In this document: piece by piece, positions 17,823 through 25,491 of the stretch
Layout: each line of letters starts with the position of its first letter
Position numbering within the stretch: the stretch's first letter is position 1
Origin: a virus
Lineage: Duplodnaviria; Caudoviricetes
Direction: 5' to 3' (one strand)
Virus record (IMG/VR): IMGVR_UViG_3300034106_003066
Span: 1 to 27,506 of that record
DNA: 27,506 nucleotides
Position numbers and translations under genes: made by a program
The notes under the pieces: model-generated
Seen by the model: the letters and a program-made list of their open reading frames with translations, nothing else
The model's database searches: none
What the model was told of the DNA's origin: nothing

Positions 17823-19511
17823 TTAGGCGGTGGCTTGATTCATCAAACGTCCAAGGGCGCTGTCCTGCTTAACGCTACCGGCTTTGCCTGCGGCCTCGGC
17901 CATCGTGAGCATCTCCTGCTGCTGCTGCATTTGGGCCTGTGCCTGTGCGCGGGCGGCGCGGGCCTCCTCGACCTCGTCCTCCTCGGCCAGCCAGTCGGCG
18001 GGCAGTCCGTCGTTGCGGGCGGTTTCGCGGGCGATAACGTCCCACTTGAAGTTATCCAGCACTTCGGGGCGCACTTGGGCGATGATCGCGTTGCGCTCCA
18101 TTGTCCTTGCCAAGGAAAGGTTGTGCATGGCGCGGATGGCGAGCGCCACTTTGCTGACGTAGCTGACCTCCGGTTCCGGCAGCATGGGCTGGCCCATCGC
18201 GTCCATTTGGATCGCGTCCTGCGGCGGCGGCGGAAAATGGCCGTTGCGGATAAGAATCCCGAAGACTCCGCGCAGCATGGGCGAAAGCAGTTCGGTGGTC
18301 TTGCGGGTGAACGAGGGGGAAAACTGCACCAGCTTTTCACTGGCCCGCTCGGCCACTTCGGTCGCGGTCATGTTGGTGCGCTCCATCGAGGCAAACATGC
18401 GGAACATATCCACATGCATGGCGGTATTGATCGCGTTGGTCTTGCGGGCCTCTCGGTCGAGTCCAATGGAATAGTCGCCCGCGGTGGCCCACTCCTGCGG
18501 GAGCGCGTTGGGTTGCGTGGGGTCGTAGTAGGTGACGCCCCCAGAGCGCAAATCGACTTCCCCTTCGTGCGTAGCGGGCATGAGGAGACGAGGGAACGCT
18601 TTGATCTCGGAGAGGGCGTCAAGTTGCTTGGCTAAAAAGTTGAGTTGGCGGGCTTCGGGTAGCGCCATCCACGCGGGCGAGACGCCGTAGACGCCCTGCT
18701 GACTTTTAACGTGGCGACCGGCGAAGAAAGGTTTTTCGTCGTAACCGGAGTTACGGCAGACATGCTTGTTGCTCTGGTCAACGTAGACGCTGGCCCAAGG
18801 CTTGTTCGGGCCGTCGGCCTTGTTGCGGTCGCGGTCGCTGTCCTCGCGTTTGTAAAGGGCATGAACGAAGCGGTGCTTGACCGTCCCGCCCTTGCCGGTG
18901 CGCCGGATCTCGGCCAGTTTTTTCTGCATGGCGGGCGCAAGGGCGTCTTCGCCAAATTTGTCGGCGGCTTGCAAAACGGTCAGTTCCAGTTCGCGGAAGA
19001 CGGTGTCGATCAAACCCTCGTCGTTCTCGGCCAAGCTGTAGGTGCCGATGTCGAACTTGTGGAAGACAAGCGGGTGCGAAATGCCCGATTCGACGAACAT
19101 GCAGTAGGTGCCGAAAACGCTGTCGTCGTAGTAGAGTTCGTGGATCTCGGTGTAGAGATTGCTGGTCGCCAAGAGCAACTGGGTCATCTCGCTGCACTTC
19201 GCATACCACTGCTTGGCCTTGTCGCTCTCGACGCCTTTAGGCGGCTCGTAAACAAACCACCGGCTGTCAGCAGGCGTGATGTAGGCAAGCTGTCCATTGG
19301 CAAGCGTGGCTGCGGCTTGGACGGCGCTCGTATCGAAGAGGACATCGTAGCGCGAGCTATCCGGCACGCTGCGCTTGGCGCTGATCTCGGCTTTGCGCGG
19401 CAGAAAATATTCCGCCAACTCCTGCCAGTGCGTATCCCATGAGGCCCGCTCGGAACCCAAGTCTTGGTTCCTTGCCAGCACCCAGTCAGCGAGTTGGACG
19501 TTGTCTTTCAT
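17823..19511 (-). CDS. Portal (head-tail connector) protein
   Basis: 562 aa; WQELAEYFLP, YGVSPA, MTATEVAERASEK motifs of T7 gp8/BPP-1-type portals. Confidence 0.93.
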   Translation of the reverse strand: MKDNVQLADWVLARNQDLGSERASWDTHWQELAEYFLPRKAEISAKRSVPDSSRYDVLFDTSAVQAAATLANGQLAYITPADSRWFVYEPPKGVESDKAKQWYAKCSEMTQLLLATSNLYTEIHELYYDDSVFGTYCMFVESGISHPLVFHKFDIGTYSLAENDEGLIDTVFRELELTVLQAADKFGEDALAPAMQKKLAEIRRTGKGGTVKHRFVHALYKREDSDRDRNKADGPNKPWASVYVDQSNKHVCRNSGYDEKPFFAGRHVKSQQGVYGVSPAWMALPEARQLNFLAKQLDALSEIKAFPRLLMPATHEGEVDLRSGGVTYYDPTQPNALPQEWATAGDYSIGLDREARKTNAINTAMHVDMFRMFASMERTNMTATEVAERASEKLVQFSPSFTRKTTELLSPMLRGVFGILIRNGHFPPPPQDAIQMDAMGQPMLPEPEVSYVSKVALAIRAMHNLSLARTMERNAIIAQVRPEVLDNFKWDVIARETARNDGLPADWLAEEDEVEEARAARAQAQAQMQQQQEMLTMAEAAGKAGSVKQDSALGRLMNQATA

Positions 19512-19598
19512 TTACCAGAGGTCGGGATCGTGGGTTGCGGCGATAAGCAGCATGATTCCGGTCGAAACAACGGCGAGGTGGTAGACGAGCGGTTCCAT
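19512..19598 (-). CDS. 28-aa hydrophobic peptide
   Basis: MEPLVYHLAVVSTGIMLLIAATHDPDLW*; fills the gap exactly and its stop abuts the portal ATG. Confidence 0.5.
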   Translation of the reverse strand: MEPLVYHLAVVSTGIMLLIAATHDPDLW

Positions 19599-19612
19599 AA
19601 TTTGACTAAACC

Positions 19613-20299
19613 TCACCCAAGAAGGCTGCGCCCTCCCAGACGCCCGCCGCCGGTTGCAGGGTTGTATCCTCCGGTGTTGCCCGCCAAGAGCGTGCCGCGC
19701 TCGGTGCGGCGGCGCACCCGTGCATCGCCCATTTGCTGGGGAGCCGGTTGCGGCGTGGGCTGCGGCATGTTGGCTGCTTCGATGCGAGCCGTGGTTTCGG
19801 GGCGCATCTTGGCGTTGTATTCTTCAACTTGCTTATTGAAAGAACTGATGGACTGGGCGTAGCTGTTGTCGATCTGGGCGATTTGTGATCGCCAGTTCCG
19901 CTTGTTCAAAATTTCGTTTGCTTGCTCTCCCGTGCGTCCCACGTTAGCGGCTCGTTCGGGAGTGTATCCCCCTGCTATCAAATGGGCGACGTCCTTTTCC
20001 CAAGAGACAAACCGTTTCGGGTTTCTTATTTCTTCTGCACCAATGGGTTCGGTCGGGTAATTGGCCGGAACGGCAAACTTCGGAAAAACAATATTGACCG
20101 GCGGGCGCGGGGCAATCTGCGAACTCATGGTGGCCTTGCCGCGGTTGACGGACATGTCCTGTGCGTCGGGTGGCCCCGCAATGAGCGACTGGGCCGCGTT
20201 TTCGGCCATCTTGGCAAAACGCTTGGCGGTTTCCTGCCGCTGGCTTTGCGTTTGCGCCAGATATTGGCGGTAGGCCGCGTAGTTGTAGGGATCGGCCAT
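19613..20299 (-). CDS. Putative virion-associated protein ending in SLLG
   Basis: 228 aa; C-terminal RRR..TLLAGNTGGYNPATG..SLLG; pre-portal position (T7 gp6.7/7.3-like). Confidence 0.7.
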   Translation of the reverse strand: MADPYNYAAYRQYLAQTQSQRQETAKRFAKMAENAAQSLIAGPPDAQDMSVNRGKATMSSQIAPRPPVNIVFPKFAVPANYPTEPIGAEEIRNPKRFVSWEKDVAHLIAGGYTPERAANVGRTGEQANEILNKRNWRSQIAQIDNSYAQSISSFNKQVEEYNAKMRPETTARIEAANMPQPTPQPAPQQMGDARVRRRTERGTLLAGNTGGYNPATGGGRLGGRSLLG

Positions 20300-20300
20300 G

Positions 20301-20597
20301 TTATCCCAAGAGACTGTTGCCGGTCACCGGATTGCTGTAGCCGCCCGTCTCACCGGCCAGCATGGACTTGCGGACGCCCTCGCGCCGCGCCGCGGATTGG
20401 CGGCTCTGCATTTGGGCATCGCTCACGCTTTGATCAACACGCTCCGGCATAGGCGGGGCCGGAGGCGGGGCTTCCGGCATCTTGGGCATCTCCGGCATTT
20501 TGAACTCCGGCATGGGCGGCGGCGCGGACATGCGGCCCCCTCCCCCGAAATGGCAGCGGCACGTTAGGTCAATCTTGGACGAGTTGTAGAAGCGCAT
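20301..20597 (-). CDS. Small Pro-rich virion-associated protein ending in SLLG
   Basis: 98 aa; CHFGGGG near the N-terminus, Pro-rich linker, LAGETGGYSNPVTGNSLLG. Confidence 0.72.
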   Translation of the reverse strand: MRFYNSSKIDLTCRCHFGGGGRMSAPPPMPEFKMPEMPKMPEAPPPAPPMPERVDQSVSDAQMQSRQSAARREGVRKSMLAGETGGYSNPVTGNSLLG

Positions 20598-20958
20598 ATT
20601 TTTGGATGAGTTTGTCGGTTGAGAAAAACGTCAGCGGATGCCCACTGCGCTCCCATGCGATGAGCGGAAGATAAAACGGAATGTGGCGCAATAGTTTTTT
20701 GACTAAACCCTGCAAGCCTTCGTCCTGCGCCAGCGCAAAAGCGTAAACATACCACGCATCATGCAGTTCCGGCGGAAAGGCGCACCAGACGTCATTGATC
20801 TGTTCCTGCGTGGCTTGGCTCCAGACCGGCCTGCCCATGAGAAGATACTCCGGCGTCGAGAAAAAATACCCATGCGACAGGTGCGCGAGCATGTCCTCCT
20901 CAAATGTCCGCGGGCTGTCCGCGGTGTAGAGCATCTTGCACTTTTCGATGGGCGTCAT
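20569..20958 (-). CDS. Hypothetical phage protein
   Basis: 129 aa; ATGA overlap with terL; normal globular composition. Confidence 0.7.
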   Translation of the reverse strand: MTPIEKCKMLYTADSPRTFEEDMLAHLSHGYFFSTPEYLLMGRPVWSQATQEQINDVWCAFPPELHDAWYVYAFALAQDEGLQGLVKKLLRHIPFYLPLIAWERSGHPLTFFSTDKLIQKYALLQLVQD

Positions 20959-22493
20959 CGTCTCACGATTGTCCGGCGGTTGAAGTCCAAGTCGCGGATG
21001 CCGGTCGTAACCACGGTCGGGCGCGGCTTGGCAAAGCCGGTCTTGAGCATCCCCGCCATCTCGGCCTCGGCTATCATGCGGAGCGCGTCCGCGGCGTGGC
21101 TGGCCCAGTTGTGGACTGGTTCGTTGACCACAATGCCGGTCGCGCTGCTGCGCTTGTAGGCGTAGTTGGCCAAGGCATCCAATCCACGCTCGCAGGCAGG
21201 CAGGCGGAACGAAAACCGCGGGAACATTTGCAAGCAGGCATTGATGCCAATCCAGATGTCATGCGTCCGCGGCAGGACGCGCGCGTTGGCCAGACCGGCC
21301 TCGGTGTAGACTTGGGCGTCGGCCTTGCCGCTGGTGCGAGTCGCCGCGGCATCGTGAGGCAGGAAGTGCGCTCCGTAGCTGTAGCCTTTGGCCAGCATGT
21401 GGCCGACGCGCTGGACAGGAGTCATGTCCATGTCCATGTCGCAGTCGATCACGCGGATCTCGTTGCCGCCGATCACTTGGAAATACCAGACCACCGTATT
21501 GACCGGCGACCCCAAGTCCCACGCGGTGTGGACAAGCGTGCTGTTGTCCGTCTTAAAGGCGCTGATCGCACCGGAGGCTCGCAACTTGTCCAGTTCGCCC
21601 GCGTAGATCGCGCCCTCGACCGGCGATTTGAAGCACTCGTCCAAGGTGGTGGGGAACTCGCGGAAGATAAACAAACCCAAGTCGCGGGACTGGCGGTCAT
21701 ACCACAGGCGCTGCTGGTCACTAAAAGTGTGGCCTGTTTGTGACTGCATCTGATCAAGGTATTGACTGATCGCTGGACTGATTGTGCCGACATCGCCCTC
21801 GACCACATAAGTCGGGTCTTTCCACCACGGGAAGAAAACCACGCGCCAGTCCTTGTCCGTCTTGGCCGCTTCCGGCGTTTCCAAGGCACCTTTGACGATC
21901 TCCCAGAGGTGGCCCCCTCGCCCGCCCTTCCAAGTGGTTTCAATGATGATCCGGCCATGCTCGGCGCTGGGGATCGCGCCGGTCAGAATCTCTTCACTGC
22001 GCCGCGGGTCGTCCGCTTGGATAACTCCCCACTCGCTCAAGTGCAGCCAGTTGTTGGTGCCGCCGCGGGCGCGTAGACCGGCAAAGAACGACGACGCGGC
22101 CTCACCGGCCACGCTGACCTCAAGGATGCTGCCACTGTCGCGCACCTTCTCAATGCACTGCAAGGCGACCGGCGGTAGGTTGTCCAAGGCAACCTTGGCA
22201 ATCGTCGCCAACTTGCGCTCGGCATCCGCCGCGGTCTGATCGACAAGGCTGCACTGGGTGCCAGCGTTCCAAAGCATCTGGTCGGTGAGAAGGACATCGA
22301 GCGCGGTGGACATGCCAAGTCGCCGCGCCTTCAAGATGATGAGGCGCTTGACGCCCTCCTTGAACAGCATGTCGTAGACCCGCTGCTGCTCCGGCCTCGG
22401 CGCAAACTTGATGATGCGCCCGTCGTCGGCCCGCTTGATATGGTAGAGGTTGCGAAGCCGCCAGAGCGGGTTGGCCAAGTCGTCGGTCGTCAC
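20955..22493 (-). CDS. terL: Terminase large subunit
   Basis: Walker A ILKARRLGMST, Walker B LHLSE, coupling motif ETT, nuclease AWDLG, SHAADALR. Confidence 0.93.
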   Translation of the reverse strand: MTTDDLANPLWRLRNLYHIKRADDGRIIKFAPRPEQQRVYDMLFKEGVKRLIILKARRLGMSTALDVLLTDQMLWNAGTQCSLVDQTAADAERKLATIAKVALDNLPPVALQCIEKVRDSGSILEVSVAGEAASSFFAGLRARGGTNNWLHLSEWGVIQADDPRRSEEILTGAIPSAEHGRIIIETTWKGGRGGHLWEIVKGALETPEAAKTDKDWRVVFFPWWKDPTYVVEGDVGTISPAISQYLDQMQSQTGHTFSDQQRLWYDRQSRDLGLFIFREFPTTLDECFKSPVEGAIYAGELDKLRASGAISAFKTDNSTLVHTAWDLGSPVNTVVWYFQVIGGNEIRVIDCDMDMDMTPVQRVGHMLAKGYSYGAHFLPHDAAATRTSGKADAQVYTEAGLANARVLPRTHDIWIGINACLQMFPRFSFRLPACERGLDALANYAYKRSSATGIVVNEPVHNWASHAADALRMIAEAEMAGMLKTGFAKPRPTVVTTGIRDLDFNRRTIVRR

Positions 22494-22894
22494 GCCGGTT
22501 TGTCGGTGGACTTCACAATGCCCTTGAAGACGCCAACAAACTCGTCGGTGAGGTCGTGTTTCACCTCGGTCTTTTCCGGCGCTCCAATGCCCAGCAGCTT
22601 GGCCAGCCTGTCCTGCGCGGTCACCGCCACGTTGAGGTCGTTGCGGTCTTCGGCCTTACGCATGAACCGCTCGTATCGGCTTTTAGCCTTGCGAACCTCC
22701 GCGGCGACATCCTCTTTGGCTTCCGCGGCAATCAGTTCGTTGGCCGCTTTCATGTATTCGTAAGCCGTCGAGCGCACCACCCCCCATTCCGTCCGGCATA
22801 GTCCGACGATTTCAGAAGACGTATACGGCACCAGCATCCACTCCGCGACTTGCGCGATGCGTTGCGTCAGTTCGGCTTCGGACGTTGCTCCCAT
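22490..22894 (-). CDS. terS: Terminase small subunit (probable)
   Basis: N-terminal HTH (WGVVRSTAYEY), AKLLG..APEK C-terminal motif; coupled to terL. Confidence 0.75.
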   Translation of the reverse strand: MGATSEAELTQRIAQVAEWMLVPYTSSEIVGLCRTEWGVVRSTAYEYMKAANELIAAEAKEDVAAEVRKAKSRYERFMRKAEDRNDLNVAVTAQDRLAKLLGIGAPEKTEVKHDLTDEFVGVFKGIVKSTDKPA

Positions 22895-22916
22895 GCGTTT
22901 GAATTTACTCTGATGG

Positions 22917-23603
22917 TCAAACTAAAACATTGACCGCGTTTTGACTAACCCGCTCTATCTTATTCGGCTTCGCTTCGCTCGCCTCAACTATGGTTGGTTG
23001 TGCGCTGTTGAGTCGTGGCAAATGGATAAGGTGTTCGGGGTGATTGATGACGCGATGGCACGCGATAAACGTGTCAGTGTCCTCTTCCTTGGCCACGCTC
23101 GCGGTGAAGCGCGTGTCGCCGGTTGGCAATACGCGCATGAGGTGCAAGTTGATTGCTACAGTGCCGTCGCTGCTCCGGTGGTGTCGCACCAGTTCCCCAT
23201 GCCAGTGCCGCTGCTGTAGTGCCAGCGCCGTAGCGCGTGAAAGCGCGTAGCCGCACCCGCCATGAATCGCCGGAAACTTGTGCGTTTCGTTGGATAGCAC
23301 GCCCTGCACGCAGCCGATGGCGTGCTGCTCGTCGGGATTGACGTCGATCAGTCGCAACTCCAGTCGCCGCGGGACAACGTAGCCGTCGTCATCGACAATG
23401 TAGAGCCAGTCGTAATGCGGCTGGAACGTGTCGAGCGCGTAAATCGTCTTGTCTATCGCGCTCAAGTAATCGCCGCGGCTGACTTGCTCGTCGCTGACAA
23501 AGCGGACGGTGCTGGGTTTTTGGACATGGCGTGTCCAGTTTTCCAATAGCGGTAGCCGGTTGCGGGTGCGCTCACTGGTTTGGATGGCGAAGTCGATCTT
23601 CAT
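22917..23603 (-). CDS. GT-A glycosyltransferase, GT31/Fringe-like
   Basis: YDWLYIVDDDGYV (DxD), HGGCGYALS, SDGTV motifs. Confidence 0.75.
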   Translation of the reverse strand: MKIDFAIQTSERTRNRLPLLENWTRHVQKPSTVRFVSDEQVSRGDYLSAIDKTIYALDTFQPHYDWLYIVDDDGYVVPRRLELRLIDVNPDEQHAIGCVQGVLSNETHKFPAIHGGCGYALSRATALALQQRHWHGELVRHHRSSDGTVAINLHLMRVLPTGDTRFTASVAKEEDTDTFIACHRVINHPEHLIHLPRLNSAQPTIVEASEAKPNKIERVSQNAVNVLV

Positions 23604-23878
23604 GCGATGGGCAGTAAATACTTCGCTTCATGTTCGGCGTCCCGCGGTGTGGCCAAATGAAACTTCCCGCATCGCCAACAGTGGTAGACGCGCATATCCG
23701 GCTTAAACTCCTTCGCCTCCTGTTGCGTCTCAAACCATCGCTTGTTGACGCAATTCTTCTTCCGCCGCCTGCGCCCGCGTTTGCTCATGGCGGGCGTCCG
23801 CATGATCGCGTTGCCCATGATGAGGTTGGCTAATTCCTCCGCGGCGTAGTGCCGGTAGCCGTTGGACAAGGTCACCAT
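23600..23878 (-). CDS. Small Zn-finger-like phage protein (92 aa)
   Basis: ATG at 23878; CVNKRWF...YHCWRCGKFHL; basic patch. Confidence 0.7.
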   Translation of the reverse strand: MVTLSNGYRHYAAEELANLIMGNAIMRTPAMSKRGRRRRKKNCVNKRWFETQQEAKEFKPDMRVYHCWRCGKFHLATPRDAEHEAKYLLPIA

Positions 23879-24318
23879 GAGTATTCCCTCGGTGCGATGA
23901 GCTTGAACTCGCTCACCGGAATGTGGACGACGGGTTCCTTGTCTGGTTCCCACCGCACCTTGTTCGGAATCATGTAGCCCACCGGATACGGCTTGCGCTG
24001 GATCATCATGTAGTGGATGCCCTCCAGCCACTCGACGCAAAAGGCGACCGGCAAAAGGTCGGTCATCTGCATGGCGTGGACGTATTTTTGGGCGCTCCAT
24101 GTCAGCGTGTTGTATTTGTTAATCGAGAGCAGTTCGCCGTCCTTGTCCTTGCGCTGACGGGCCTCGGCAAACGCCACAGCCCGCCCATTCCGAAACAGCA
24201 CAGCATCCACGCAATAGGCTTTAGAGCATGGCGCGGCCTCGCACTTAAACGCCTCGGCGGCGGTGCGGATGATCCGCTCCTCCACCTCGCGGTGCTGTGC
24301 TGTTTCAAACAGAGGCAT
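23872..24318 (-). CDS. PD-(D/E)XK-like nuclease-fold protein
   Basis: E...YCVDAVLFRNGRAVAFAEARQR pattern; C-terminal DKEPVVHIP. Confidence 0.6.
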   Translation of the reverse strand: MPLFETAQHREVEERIIRTAAEAFKCEAAPCSKAYCVDAVLFRNGRAVAFAEARQRKDKDGELLSINKYNTLTWSAQKYVHAMQMTDLLPVAFCVEWLEGIHYMMIQRKPYPVGYMIPNKVRWEPDKEPVVHIPVSEFKLIAPREYSW

Positions 24319-24590
24319 CAGAACGGAATATCGTCGTCAGTCGCCGGTTCGTCCGTCACCCGCGGTGCCGCCGGTTTCGGCGCGTTGTAGTTGCCGCCCT
24401 TTTCCTTCGGTTGCCACGGCGGGCCAAACTTCAGCGAGAGGAAGTCCTTCCCGCTTTTGCTGGTCTGCTCCCAAATACTAATCTCGTAATCGCGGCCTTC
24501 AATTTTGACAGGGCCGCTCCACTTGGGCGCTTTGGGGTTGTCTGATTGCCGCTCAAAGGCGGCTCCTCGGTTGTCGTCGTTGTATTGCAT
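24318..24590 (-). CDS. Single-stranded DNA-binding protein-like (DUF736-like)
   Basis: ATG at 24590; NPKAPKWSG..I.W..TSKSGKDFLSL and acidic tail DDDIPF. Confidence 0.8.
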   Translation of the reverse strand: MQYNDDNRGAAFERQSDNPKAPKWSGPVKIEGRDYEISIWEQTSKSGKDFLSLKFGPPWQPKEKGGNYNAPKPAAPRVTDEPATDDDIPF

Positions 24591-24793
24591 GGTGTTGGTG
24601 TTGTGTTGATGTCGAGCGTCCCGTTGGGGAGCGCCCAGATTTGTTCGCTGCGGAAATGGACAAACGCGCCGTCGCGTTCCATGACCACCGTCCAGATGTC
24701 GTTGGCCAGATTGCTCTCGCGGCTGACGATGATCGCCCAGCCGTAGCCAATGGGCGTCGAGACGGGGAACGGGCGTGCGAGTTCCAGCATCAT
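24431..24793 (-). CDS. Hypothetical beta-rich phage protein
   Basis: First ~62 aa look globular (PVSTPIGYGWAI..NDIWTV..HFRSEQI); the low-complexity tail overlaps the SSB gene by 160 nt. Confidence 0.6.
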   Translation of the reverse strand: MMLELARPFPVSTPIGYGWAIIVSRESNLANDIWTVVMERDGAFVHFRSEQIWALPNGTLDINTTPTPCNTTTTTEEPPLSGNQTTPKRPSGAALSKLKAAITRLVFGSRPAKAGRTSSR

Positions 24794-24803
24794 GGGAAAG
24801 ATG

Positions 24804-25069
24804 TGACGGCGCTGGGCTTCGCCATATTTGCGTATTGCGTCGTGTGCCGCATACGCACGCCGTCAAAGAATGCGGAGCGCAGACGTTGGGCCACGGCTGC
24901 GCCCCTCGGATGAGCGTCGGTAAGACCCTTGTCCCTTCCCGCTCCTCCTAAAGAGTTCCGGCGGGTCGCGGATAGCGCGATACCGCGACGGCCCCCACAC
25001 AATGCTGTCCCACCCTCCCCCATTGAGGTGGTGGCCAGATATGAGTTGGCGCAGCCTGTTCCGCCGGAA
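24804..25069 (-). ncRNA. Cluster of structured RNA elements (overlaps a 95-aa ORF at 24790-25077)
   Basis: Closing stems TTCCGGCGG/CCGCCGGAA and TGACGGCG/CGCCGTCA, plus several long internal hairpins. Confidence 0.45.
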
Positions 25070-25073
25070 AGTT

Positions 25074-25280
25074 TCATCGTCTTTTGGTTTTGACTAAACC
25101 TCTACGAAAGTATTGCGGATTGCGTTCCATCCACGCGACGACCTCGCCGGTATTGCCAACGTCCGCGGCGCGGAAGGCGTTGTCCGAAACGAGATAGCAA
25201 TGCTCTGCGAGAATGTTCATCACCGTAATCTCGTCGTCATGCAGGACGTTCTGGATGTAGGACTCCAGCGTGTTGGGCAT
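25074..25280 (-). CDS. Hypothetical protein (68 aa)
   Basis: ATG start, normal composition, lies within the operon. Confidence 0.65.
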   Translation of the reverse strand: MPNTLESYIQNVLHDDEITVMNILAEHCYLVSDNAFRAADVGNTGEVVAWMERNPQYFRRGLVKTKRR

Positions 25281-25491
25281 GCTGCGATTTTAGGGGTGTG
25301 GTCAAATGCTCGCGTGCGTATTTTGCGACCAGCTTGATGAAGTCGGCGCTGGGTTCGTCGGACTCGCTGCGGAGCCACGCCTCGCAGTCGTCGGCAATGA
25401 GCATCAGCGCCTCCCGCGCCTCGTCGCGTTCTTTCTTTAATTCTTCGATGTCCAGACGCCATGCCTCGCGCATTGTGATGGAGTCGCTCAC
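25237..25491 (-). CDS. Hypothetical coiled-coil protein (84 aa)
   Basis: GTG overlaps the upstream TGA; ERDEAR motif common in small phage proteins. Confidence 0.65.
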   Translation of the reverse strand: MSDSITMREAWRLDIEELKKERDEAREALMLIADDCEAWLRSESDEPSADFIKLVAKYAREHLTTPLKSQHAQHAGVLHPERPA

